Shown one piece after another: positions 47,407-58,519 of a stretch of 64,000 nt of DNA. Below the pieces are notes generated by a model. That model saw only the letters and a program-made list of their open reading frames with translations, did not search any database and was not told the origin of the DNA. The position numbers were made by a program, and so were the translations under genes. This stretch comes from Oopsacas minuta. Its lineage: Eukaryota; Animalia; Porifera. The stretch is from positions 777,186 to 841,185 of the forward strand of contig JAKMXF010000110.1 of the NCBI GenBank assembly GCA_024704765.1. Direction: 5' to 3'. Within the stretch, counting starts at the first letter, position 1, and every line of letters starts with the position of its first letter.

Positions 47407-47479
47407 TATCCTAGCAACGCATAAGGTAGAATGGTTTGTATAAGTATAAATACTAAATTTTTACTAACAACATACATCT

Positions 47480-50202
47480 ATGAATATATTCGCTGTATTA
47501 TACTTTATTAGCTCTGCGCTAATATTCGCTAGAGCTCTGACCTTTACTGGTCCTACTCGAACACCAGTGAGCTACCATTACCGCCGTCCCTATCCAACCT
47601 ACTTTCCGTATCCCTCTGGCTCCTCTACCTACCCCTCTGGACCCCCTGCTCCACGTACTCGTCCCCCTATACCTTGTATAGACCCCCCTTATGTCATAGA
47701 TGTATATAACGTGACCAGCAGTGTACAGAAGAGGTTTGCCTGTACTCGTGTATATTCTGAAATAGTTAATACAGCTGATTCTCAGCAGGAGGTATGCTTC
47801 TCTATACAGCTACCTAAGGAGGCATTTGTGTCCGGTCTCTGTCTGGAGGTAGGGGGCAAGAAGTACTCGGGGGCAGTCAGGGAGAAGGAGCAGGCTAGAC
47901 AGATACACGAGGAGAATGTAAGGACGGGAGTAACTAGTGGATTAGTAGAATCTAGGTATGTATTATAGTAACATATGTTACCATGGTTACGGATAATTAT
48001 TTATATTGTATTTAGAGGCATGGATGAGTTCAGAGTTTGTCTGTCAGCTGGGCCTAATCAACGCGCCATGTTCTCTGTAGAATATCAACAGTTGTTAATA
48101 ATGAGATTAGGAATAATTAAACATTCCATTAGCATACAACCTACACAGCCCGTTGCTATGCTGTCTGCTCAGGTATGTGACAAATATCTTACAACCTAAT
48201 TAATTTTATTATTCGACTATTTGTAGATTAATCTCTTTGATAATTTTCAAGATGGTAGCTTAAAGAGTAGTGATGGAGAGCTTAGTATTACTCCAGAGAT
48301 TGCTGTGTGTACATTTAAGCCTTCTCTAGAGGAACAGAGAACAGCTGACTGCATTAAGGGGGTCTCTGTAGACCTGGAGACCTCTTTTATACCTGTACCC
48401 GTAGGGGAGGATGGGATAGGATACGGTAGTCTGTCAGGACACTATTTCACACAATTCTTCTCTCCTACTTCCGGTCTAGATTGTATCTGTCAGAATTTTA
48501 TATTCGTAATAGATAAGTCAGGATCTATGAGAGATAGGAAGATGAGACAAGCTATCCAATCAGCTGTATATCTCCTCAATTCTCTTAAGGACACAGATAA
48601 CTTTAATGTTATTGCTTTTGACTTTGATGTTAATTCATTTAGTGATGGATTCGTGTCTGTAGGTAAGCTGTCTGATCCACTAGTAAGACATATTCCGTGA
48701 TTAATCACATTCCACACAAATGCCAAACTAACATAATAATCTCGTATATTATAATATTTTTTATGATGTCATATTATTATAGGTGAGTACAGGAGTGAAG
48801 GAATAGATTTTGTGAGATCTCTGGATGCTAGTGGAGGTACTAACATAAACACAGCTGTATTAACAGCTGTTGATCAGCTGTGTGGTATAGCATCACAGTG
48901 TGTATCTCAAATAACTCTTCTATCAGATGGTCAGGCTACATCTGGTGTTACTAATCCTCTACAGATCGCTAATAATATCAGAAATGCTTGTACAGGTAGT
49001 TTCTAATTTTTAGTACAGTCAATTCGCGTTATATCTAAGCTCAAGGGACCGTGATGATTACTGCGATATTACCGAATAATTCTCTGTTACTTATATATTT
49101 GTACAATCTAATACAGTAGAACTCGGATAAGACGTACCCCCTCGGGAAACAGAAATTAGTACGTCTTAACCGAGTGTACGTCTTATCCGAATATGTTTGC
49201 ATTACAAATAATGATGACTGATATTTTGGGATATAAGAAATAGTACGTCTTAACCGAGTGTACGTCTTAAGCCGAGTACGTCTTATCCGAGTTCTACTGT
49301 ACTTCAATATATTTGTATTCGATATAATAGGTGTTGACTGCATACATGTCTACCCTCTTAACCCAGTAAATGAGTGTCAGATCATGTTTATAGCAACGGA
49401 TACGTACAGATGGTTTTTATGGTACAATGTATATATACTTTAGGAACTCCTATTTCTCTAAACTCTCTGGCCTTCGGGGTCGGAGCGGACCAATCTCTGC
49501 TCAAGACGCTATCCTATAGTAACGGAGGGAGGTATCAGTTCATATACGAAGGTACAGACGCTAACACACAGCTGGTGGACTTTCTGGAGACTGTTCTCTG
49601 TCCTCTCCTTAGTCACATACAGTTTCTATTCCCTGACAATTCTGTATATAACGTATCTGTTACATCATTCCCTACCTACTACAGGGGAGACGAGCTATTA
49701 GTTACAGGGGAGACTAACCTGGAGAGCATTTCATTCGAGGTGTTAGCTGTATCAGCTGGAGGTGTTGAGTACTCTTACAGGGGGCAGATTGACACCTCTG
49801 TGTCCCCTATAGAGGACCAGATATGTCTAGAAGGACAGTTACATGCTTATCAGCTGATTAAGCAGAGCTTAGAGCAGATATCAGCTGATGAGGATGTTGA
49901 GGTTAAGAAGTTGTTGACTGACAGGATACTGGAGTATGCGTTAAAGTTTAGATTCGTAACAGATGTAACTTCTCTTATTGTGTCTCCTCTGACTTCTACA
50001 GGATGTGATTGTCCTAGTTCTTGTTCCTGTTCCCCTGCACCCTGTCAGGGGGATGATTCCCTTGAAGAGACAGATGGGATTAAGATTAACCCCAAGACAG
50101 AGCAAGAGGGGAACACTGAATCCGATAATGGTGGTCCCAGAGGCCCTTCTGGTTCCGTTGCTCTTCCATTATTTAGATTTCTATCTACAAAGAGTAATCT
50201 AC

Positions 50203-50265
<63 letters not shown>

Positions 50266-50852
50266 CTACTCCTACTCCTGACACTACTACTACCCCTGAC
50301 ACTACTACTCCTGACACTACTACTACTCCTGACACTACTACTACCCCTGACACTACTACTACCCCTGACACTACTACTCCTGACACTACTACTACTCCTG
50401 ACACTACTACTACTCCTGACACTACTACTTCTCCTGACACTACTACTGTCACTCCTACAACTATTCCGCCTACCATCCAGTCAGGTAATATATTTATGAG
50501 TTATATAGAGTTATCTCTTTATAATACTATTCCTGTAGGTTGTGCTATCTGGAAGAATCTAACATTCTGTACTACTGGTACACGGAGCTACCTGCAGATC
50601 CGGTGTGGAGATTGTTCCGTTACAGACAGCTACGGTAATATTAGGAAGATGTCCTGTAGGGTTAAATCTAAGGGTCGCTGCTTTCTGTCCTCTCTTTACG
50701 GATCCCCTGTCTGTGGCCTGAGGAAGGAGGTACTGGACAGGACAATCAGGAGAAGGATTACTGATACTAAGAAGTGTGAAAAGATTAACCCTCTGTCTCC
50801 TATCGGAATAGAGTGTAAATACAAGAACAATGTTTGTGTTATGAAGCGTTAG
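47480..50852 (+). CDS. Secreted ITIH-like VIT + vWA protein with Thr-rich stalk and Cys-rich C-terminus
   Basis: Signal peptide, VIT domain (VTSSVQKRFA, QLPKEAFVS, REKEQARQ), FFSP, intact MIDAS FVIDKSGSM, GGTNIN, LLSDG and AFGVGAD. Exons start at 47480, ~48016, ~48229, ~48783 and ~49443. Confidence 0.9.
49114..49299. mobile_element. Tc1/mariner-pogo (Tigger-like) MITE, 186 bp, in an ITIH-like intron
   Basis: Perfect 24-bp TIRs CAGTAGAACTCGGATAAGACGTAC / GTACGTCTTATCCGAGTTCTACTG, TA duplication on both sides (49112-49113, 49300-49301), internal repeats of GTACGTCTTAACCGAG and no ORF. Confidence 0.9.
50203..50445 (+). repeat. Coding (ACT)n plus PDTTT tandem repeat
   Basis: Poly-Thr run followed by 15/18-bp CCTGACACTACTACT(ACT) units. 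Confidence 0.93.
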
Positions 50853-50902
50853 AACTGATTAATTGTTTGTATTTACTCTTGTAATAATAAAGTATATTAG
50901 AT

Positions 50903-51940
50903 ATGAGTTTACCTTCCCAGCGAGTAAGAGATTCTGCTATTTTCATTTGTTCACGGGCAGAGCACGTATCTATTCAGACGGAGGGGGTGCAGAAAGCTGC
51001 GGATTATCTCACCTCAGAGGTTCTGTCCCTCTCTTGTAATGAGACCCAGCTAGGTGACGCGGATATAGACCCCAAGGGGTCTGACCAGGACAGGACAGAT
51101 TGGATATTCTTTATTTCTGCTTTAAACTTCTGCTTCTGGCGGTCTGACACAATCTATCTAGTAGTGTTTAGGGACAGGGAGTACTCCGGGTACAGAGGGT
51201 TCTGTGCCGCCGTAGCCAGGGCGGTACAGGCCGGTATACCGCTCTATCGTCCAGAGTTCTACTCCCAGATATCCGAGGCTCGTCTGGGAGAGCTCTTGAA
51301 GCCTGAAGTAGGAGAGATCCCTCTATGTATGAAGAGGACACAAATTTTAAGAGAAGTAGGGTCTGTTTTGTGTGAAATGGGAGGATCATTTCTCCCATTG
51401 GTCCTCTCTTGTCAGGGGTCTACTCAGCGCCTCGTGTCCTCTGTCCTGGACAAGTTCCCCTCATTCAGAGATGAATCCCCATCTACCCACGAGCCTGGTA
51501 GACAGGTCTACTTCTATAAACGAGCTCAAATCCTATCAGCTGATCTATGGTATCATTTCAAAGGATCAGGCCCTGGAGCATTCCATGACATAAATGAACT
51601 AACAATGTTTCCTGACTATAGGGTACCTCAGGTGCTGTATTCTCTGGGGGCGATCTCATACTCCCCAGAGCTCATGGGTATCATCAAAAGGGGACAACAG
51701 CTGGAGGCAGGGGGAAAGATTGAGCAAGAGCTAAGGGGAACATCTGTCCGATGCGTAGAGGTCCTTAAGGAACTGATTATAGCTCGGTTAGGAGAGGTAG
51801 GGCTTGATAAAGCTAGAGAGAATGGATGGGAAATTAATTCAGTTAGTTTAGATTATTTTCTTTGGAGATACAGTAAGAGGGAAAGAATTAAAGTAGAGAC
51901 TAGTGTCCCTCATCACAGAATTATTACTACATTCTACTAG
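50903..51940 (+). CDS. QNG1: Queuosine salvage protein, queuosine 5'-phosphate N-glycosylase (DUF2419 / C9orf64), intronless
   Basis: WIFFISALNFCFW, KFPSFRDE, FYKRAQILSADLW, LTMFPDYRVPQVL, ELRGTSV, LDYFLW and PHHRIITTFY*. Confidence 0.95.
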   Translation: MSLPSQRVRDSAIFICSRAEHVSIQTEGVQKAADYLTSEVLSLSCNETQLGDADIDPKGSDQDRTDWIFFISALNFCFWRSDTIYLVVFRDREYSGYRGFCAAVARAVQAGIPLYRPEFYSQISEARLGELLKPEVGEIPLCMKRTQILREVGSVLCEMGGSFLPLVLSCQGSTQRLVSSVLDKFPSFRDESPSTHEPGRQVYFYKRAQILSADLWYHFKGSGPGAFHDINELTMFPDYRVPQVLYSLGAISYSPELMGIIKRGQQLEAGGKIEQELRGTSVRCVEVLKELIIARLGEVGLDKARENGWEINSVSLDYFLWRYSKRERIKVETSVPHHRIITTFY

Positions 51941-51960
51941 ATTCAGATATTAATATATTT

Positions 51961-52019
51961 GATGCTAAGGATATGTATTGCTACTCCCAAGGGTGTTATC
52001 ATGACCAGCATACACTGTA
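51961..52019 (+). repeat. Dispersed hairpin repeat, copy 4 (internally deleted)
   Basis: The element's left end (GATGCT..GGATAT) is joined directly to its right half (GTATTGCTACTCCCAAGGGTGTT...ATACACTG). Confidence 0.65.
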
Positions 52020-52263
52020 ATACTAGCTACGGATACATTTCTAATATATATTGCTCCCTAATGTTGTATGAATAATTTCTGTAATTTATTAATTGGTTTC
52101 AGTATTATCATTTGAATTCTAAGAGTTATACAGTCTCAGCTGTGCTGTTAAACCAACCAATAGAAATATAGATTACCATAGTTACGTCATTACACATTTG
52201 TTATTCATAAATTGGTTAGAATAGAGTATAGCTTATTCTAATTTGTAATTTATTTGAGATTAG

Positions 52264-54430
52264 ATGAGCTCAGATAATTCTGAGGGTCTGTACCAATCTA
52301 TAACTCCGGAAGCAGGGTCCCAGCGACCCTCCTGGGCAGTACCCTTGTCCAAGGAGGCCCTCTTTCGTATCCAACTGTCCCTCTCCTCACGACGGAGTAA
52401 TGTAATGGTGCTAGAGACAGTTTGTAGAATATTCATTGGATCTATCACACGTACTACAACCAGCATGAAGATACAGGTATTTAACACAAATAATATTTAT
52501 GAAGAATGTTATTATTTGTGTTTTTAGGATTTGGATCCCAATGATACAGATTGGACCTACCAGACTACAGGAGTACCAGGTCTCCTGGTGGAGTACAGAG
52601 ATATTGGAGAAATGAATATATTCTTCCTTAAGCTAGTTATTGTAGAGTTAGAGTCTGGTCTATGCACCTGGGAAGGAAAGTTTGGAGTATCTGCTAATTA
52701 TCAAGTGAGTATATTTGTTTACTTATTTGTTAGTGTTGTTATTGTGCTGTTTAGGTGATTGCAGAGGATTTTCACACCTTTTGGATGCCTGGTGTAGGAC
52801 AAGTAGGAATAGAATTCGGTGATGTTTCTGAGGGAGAGAGGATGAGAGTTTTATTGAGAGAATGGCTTGAGAAATTGAAATTATCTTTTTCGTAAGTTGT
52901 ATTGTTTGTTTGTTTGTTTATTTATTTGGTTGTTTAGTTATTTATTTGGTTGTTCATTTATTTGTTTATTTATTTGGTTGTTCATTTATTTGTTTATTTA
53001 TTTGTTTATTTATTTATTTGCTTAGACTGATAACACAACAAGAGAAAGAGGAATCACATAAGAAGAAATCTAAGAAGAAACCCTCAACAATATTGCGATC
53101 ACAATCACAGCCCAGAATTGACAAGAGACAAATATCAACACCTTGTAACTTCCTTCATGTGTCTGGTATTACAATGACTCGTACTGAAGAATGTGAAAAG
53201 GAATTGCAAGGTTAGTAACCTGGTTATCAAGCTTGCTATTTGGAATGTGTATGTAGAATCTCTTAATAGGAACTGTACGGAGATTCTTCCGAGGAGCTAT
53301 ATCTAGTCTCTCTCGTAATAACACTGTATCACCTGGTAGTAAGAGTAGGGGTACTTTCAAGGAACAGAGGAAGATACCCATGACATCGTCTTTAGGAGAT
53401 CTGTCCGGTAAGGATATTACTAAGCTATCATATCCTTTAGGAGGAGATTCTCCTGATCAGTTAATAAGCCGATGTGATTGTAAGTTATGTTTTTGTGTGT
53501 ATGTGTTGGTTTGTTTATGTTTGTGTTTTTGTTTATAGCTAGCCAATCTGGCAGAGAAAAGAAATACTTTTCTCTTCAAAGAAAGAAGAAACAGTCTTCA
53601 CCTGATGAATCAGAGACCAGTGAGTTTGCTAGAGACAACCAATCAAATTGCTCTCTTACTCCTAACTCCAGACGGAGAGGTTCTATACATTCCAGAGTGA
53701 TTACGTCAGAGGATTATTTCCCTGAACAGGTTAGCATAGATACCTCCTGACAACATTGGAATGTAGCTTTATACCATTATTATGTTACTTCTTTGTAGGA
53801 AACCCATCAGAGGAGTAGCACTATTAATACTGCAAATGAGAGGTCTAGATTTGATCAGAGGAAGTACAGTGCTCCTAATATCCGGTCACAAGTACCCTCT
53901 CAGTGGGACCCCCCTGAAATATTGAGACATCATTCACAGATTCCAAACATTCAATCAGGTAGTTAAGCAGATTATTATAATTATCATCCACGGTTTGTTA
54001 TATGATATTTGTAGATAATCAGAATCTTAATCCTCTCAATGATACCGACCAATCGTCAACCATAGGTCGATTCTCATCAGAGACACATCTTCCCTCTTAT
54101 CGGCCCCCTCCTCACCCCATACACCCCTCAGTAACACATCCTTACCATTCTAACCCAACTGCTCTCCGTAATGAGCCAAATACCCCTGTTCCTAACAATG
54201 TAACTATTCCGAGCATTTCAGCGAATCACGATTCAGAGATCTTTCTGCCCCCAATCCCCTTCTCCCTTCCCCCGGACTATCAGACTTACGCACCTCCTCA
54301 CACCTCCAATAATGTTCCTCTCAGACAGAAATCTTATAGCACTAGGAGATCAGAGAAGACGGACCAGAAACGATTGTCCAACTCGTACACATCATTCGGA
54401 CACGTGGTTACCTCTCAGGTGGATGTATAA
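52264..54430 (+). CDS. WASP-like WH1/EVH1 + basic + CRIB + Pro-rich protein lacking VCA, 8 exons
   Basis: Eight exons join in phase. WH1 motifs (WTYQTTGVP, FHTFWMPGVGQVGIEF), basic run HKKKSKKKP, CRIB ISTPCNFLHVSGI (53132-53170) and Pro-rich exon 54015-54430 ending SQVDV*. Confidence 0.75.
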
Positions 54431-54614
54431 TGTAATTTGTTATTTAACGGTTTGTTTATAAGAATTCTGTTATAATTATTATTCTTTTCTGTCGCAGCTT
54501 TTATTTACTGTCACTTCTACTGTGAGGATTATATTTATATTTTCAGCTCTAATATTATCTCCGATTTTTTCCCTTATGAATAATCATGATGTCATGTGTG
54601 TTATACTAATTAGC

Positions 54615-57600
54615 ATGGACAGGACAGTACAAGACCTGTTCCTGCATTCTCCAGACATAGACCTGTCTCTTGTATCAGCTGAGAGACATGCCGACGCCTG
54701 TAAGAAGAGGTGTGAACAGCTGAAACACTGGCAGACATCTGAGCTATTCCTTACTCCCATGAGACCGCAGACTACTGACGCTAAGATTAGGTTTAATGCA
54801 TTTGAATGCTTTGTAGATGCTGTTAAGAAGCATGACGTAGATTATGTGTGGTCATTCATTCGGTCTGGACAGGATATTAACGGACCTATTGTAGACGGGC
54901 TAACCGCTATACATCAGGTAATTAGTACAGTAGTACTGTATTTCATGATTAAACCATGGATATGTATAGGCAGTTCTCTGCAGTGATTTAGAGATGATTA
55001 AGCTATTAGTAGAGAGTCATGCTAACGTTAATGTCAAGGATGTGTATGGATGGACTCCGTTACATGCTTCTGTATATACACAGGATCCTAATATAGTACA
55101 GTAAGTACATTCCATTTAGACTATCTTGTAACTAGGATAGTATTTATGAATGTTTAGATTTTTGATAGATAAAGGAGCTGATCCTCTATGTGTTAACATT
55201 GATCTGGAGTTCCCTGTTGATATCTGTGAACAATTATGGTCAGATGAAGATGTGTCATCCTCCGCTAGATTCAAACTTAAGGAAATTAAGAAAATACTTT
55301 TGGCTGCTATTGGAGGTTTGTTTGTTATTTGTTTGTGTATCTTCTTAATTATTTACTTGTTTTTATAGATAATGACGTAGACTTTGTGCGGGACAGAGAG
55401 CAGAGAGAAATGCTACAAGATGCTCAAGAGCTTCTGGATAATCCTGACCTAGCTATTCCTATCTGTTCAGATAGTAAGCATTATTATCCTATAGTATGTT
55501 ATTAAAATATTATGAATGCTATTTATAGATTCAACACCTCTTCATGTAGCAGCCAGCAAGGGATATTTAGAGGTGTTAAAGTATGTTACTAATCAGTTGA
55601 TATTTAAGATAAATACTTATATTCTAATTATAGACTTTTGGTGCAACATAGAGGATTAGACATAAATTCTAAAGACTCGGACGGATGGACACCTCTACAC
55701 GCAGCGCTATTCTTTGAGCAGGACAAAGCTGCTGAGATGTTAGTAATGTCTGGAGCTTCTCTCCTCCTGACAACCAATATGGTAATTAGTTATGCTATTA
55801 TAATATATTATTATTATTCATATTATTGTTTACTTGTTTAGAATGAAACTTTGGAAGATGTATGTTCTGATGAGATGTTAGATATGTTTGCCAGTTTAAA
55901 GACACAACAACCGAATGTTAGTGTTTGTTTATTTGTTTATTTGCTTGTTGTTTATGTTTGTTTGTTAGTATGGGTCAGGTCTGGGGAGCATTGGTAAGAG
56001 GAGACCTTCGTTTCCCCTTCGCGCCCTCCGTGCGGGCTCTATCGACCAGAAAGACAAAGATAACGAGAGACATATTATGGAACTCAGAAGTTCTGAGGAC
56101 TTAAGTCCTGATGATAGTCCTGAATTGCCTCGTAAGACATTAGAAGTACAGACACCCTCTGGGTACAAGGGGCACTCTCACACCTCTAAACTACCTACTC
56201 CTATCCCAGACACCTCCTTCTCTAACTCAGACCCTCACCTCCTGAAAACAGCTGACAGATTAGACCCCTCTGAGAAGTACTCACACTACGGACCCAAGTC
56301 TCTGGATGGTGCAGGAGGCAGACGGACCTCTCATCCCGTCCTTCCTGTCAAGGAGAAAGCTCCCGCCTTTGCTATTAGAGAATTGGGGAGTTCTAAATTA
56401 TCTCCCAAGTCCCTCTCCAGTCCTCTCTCAGTACCAACCAGGCGAGTGAGGTAATTTCTTTGTTGTTTAGTTATATTTTTATTTATTTGTTTACACTCAA
56501 AGGTCAGACATAGATCCCCGGTACCCAAAGCCAGCTGCTGACGTGACAAATGATAAATCTGTCCTCACGACCCCTAAGAGCTATTCAACCGCCAAACACC
56601 TCACTAAAGCACCATCTACCCCACAAACTGAGTCTAGTGTGTTCACAGATCTTCCGGGTTTATCAAGGTATAATCATTCGTATATATAATATAGCCTGTT
56701 AGTGATCAGCTGATTATATCTGTAGGAGTACAAGCAGTGAGATTACCCGCAGGACATGTAGTAGGAAGAGTCTAGACGGACGGAGGAAGACACAACCTGT
56801 TGATCAGGATAGTTTAACTAAAGCCATAGAAGATCTGAATAGCGACAAAGCAATGGAAGAGTCACATAGGCATGTAGGAGAGAATGGACACGAGGAATCA
56901 GCTGATGTTATAAGTCCCAACAAACAATCACAGGTAATTGACTACATTCCTAAACATACTCTCCGTTGTTAAGATTCTGAAGCCAATTTCACTATAGAAT
57001 GAATAGGAACTAATTATTCCTATTCATTATTAGAGCAGTAAATATAGGTTATAAGAGGTTGAGTTAATATATTTATTATATTGTTAATAGGCCAATCAGG
57101 ATACACCGAACAGTAAGACGGAGTCTCGTTTTAGAATATCAAAAACTCCATCTAAAGATACATTTGAATTCTCTGTTACAGACAGAAAACAATCTCACAC
57201 AGGAAATTCCCGCATATACTCAGACCTGAGTAGAACATCTTCACAGAACAGAGAGCAGAGACCCTGGCCTGTTAGCAATCGGGTGTCTGCTATTATAGGG
57301 AACTTTGAGAAGTCTGACAGACCTGCTCCTTCTTTACCAGCTGTTGGTTCCAGTTCAAGTTCTAGTGTCAGTGTAGACTCATTCTTAAAGGAAGATTCTG
57401 GTTAGTTATTTGTTTGTTTGTTTATTTGTATGTATATGTTTGTTGTTTAGTTGATAAGCCAGAACTCCGTGAGAAGGAGGTCGGTACTCAATTGTTAGAA
57501 GATAACACGTCATCCCCAGCTGTTCTCCGGAGAGATAGGACCAGTTCATCTAGCACTTCTCGTAAGGTAGCCAAACAGATAAGACGGAGTACTGGAATAT

Positions 57601-58519
57601 CACAAGATGACGTCATAGAGTTAATAGCTAGAGAATCCTTACAGGAAAATGAGGATAGTTATAATCATAATTCTCATTCGAATCAATCAGCTATTCCACA
57701 TTCCTTAACTAATGCTCATGCTCCTGTCACTATATCTACATACCAAACTAAACTAGACTCTAAAGAGAAACCGGATGTAAGTAACACCTCTATCCTACTC
57801 ACTGATTGGTTGATTATAGCTCTAATTTCTTTAGAATGAACACACAACAAACACAAACACAAACACAAACACCAACTCAAAGTAATTGAATAAATTTTAG
57901 AGATTATTCGTAATTTATTGATTTATTTGTTACAGATCAAATAGCAAGGAAGATAAATCAGCTGGTGACATTCCATTCCTTAAAAAGGTAACTACACAAA
58001 CTAATTCAATTAGTAATATGTTTTGGGAGGGAGTAATGTTGTTGTAAATATAATTTCTATTCTACTTTAGCTGTATGAACAAGATCAGATATTAATAAAA
58101 CGTCTCCAAGAGGAGGCAACCCAACTTAAGATTGAGAGAGAGATGGCTCTGTCAGACAGACATAAAATGGAGAAATCTGTATCTCAGCTAAACAGGAAAC
58201 TAGCAGACACCACACGAGCATATGAACAGGAGAAGAAAGTATGTAATTATATATCTGTTCTTATTTATTTGTTTATTATTTGTTGTGTGTTTGTGTAGGA
58301 ACGAACAAGACTAGACTTCAAGTTAAAGCAACTAGAAACATCAGAACAAGTATGTTTATGTTTATGTTTACGATTGTATTTATTCATAGAAATATTCTTT
58401 AATCATTTAATTTGTATTTTCAGAGAAACCATGTTTTGGAAGCAGAGAAACAGAGAACAGAAGACGAAAATAAAAAGTTGATAGAAGTTATAAAGAGTCT
58501 GACTGGTACGAGTTTTTAA
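54615..58519 (+). CDS. PPP1R12A: Myosin phosphatase targeting subunit, PPP1R12/MYPT family, multi-exon
   Basis: MyPhoNE ADACKKRCEQLKHW, RVxF motif KIRF (54783-54794), ankyrin repeats (DGLTAIHQ, GWTPLHA), RRKTQPV and RRSTG sites, and C-terminal leucine zipper ENKKLIEVIKSL. The vertebrate paralog cannot be assigned. Confidence 0.85.

Noticed and set aside
49041-49443. ORFs with repeated TRLRRT / VLSRVRL
   Set aside because: Translations of the MITE subrepeats within an intron, not a transposase.
50005-50499. Poly-Leu and poly-Val ORFs
   Set aside because: Alternative-frame and antisense readings of the Thr repeat.
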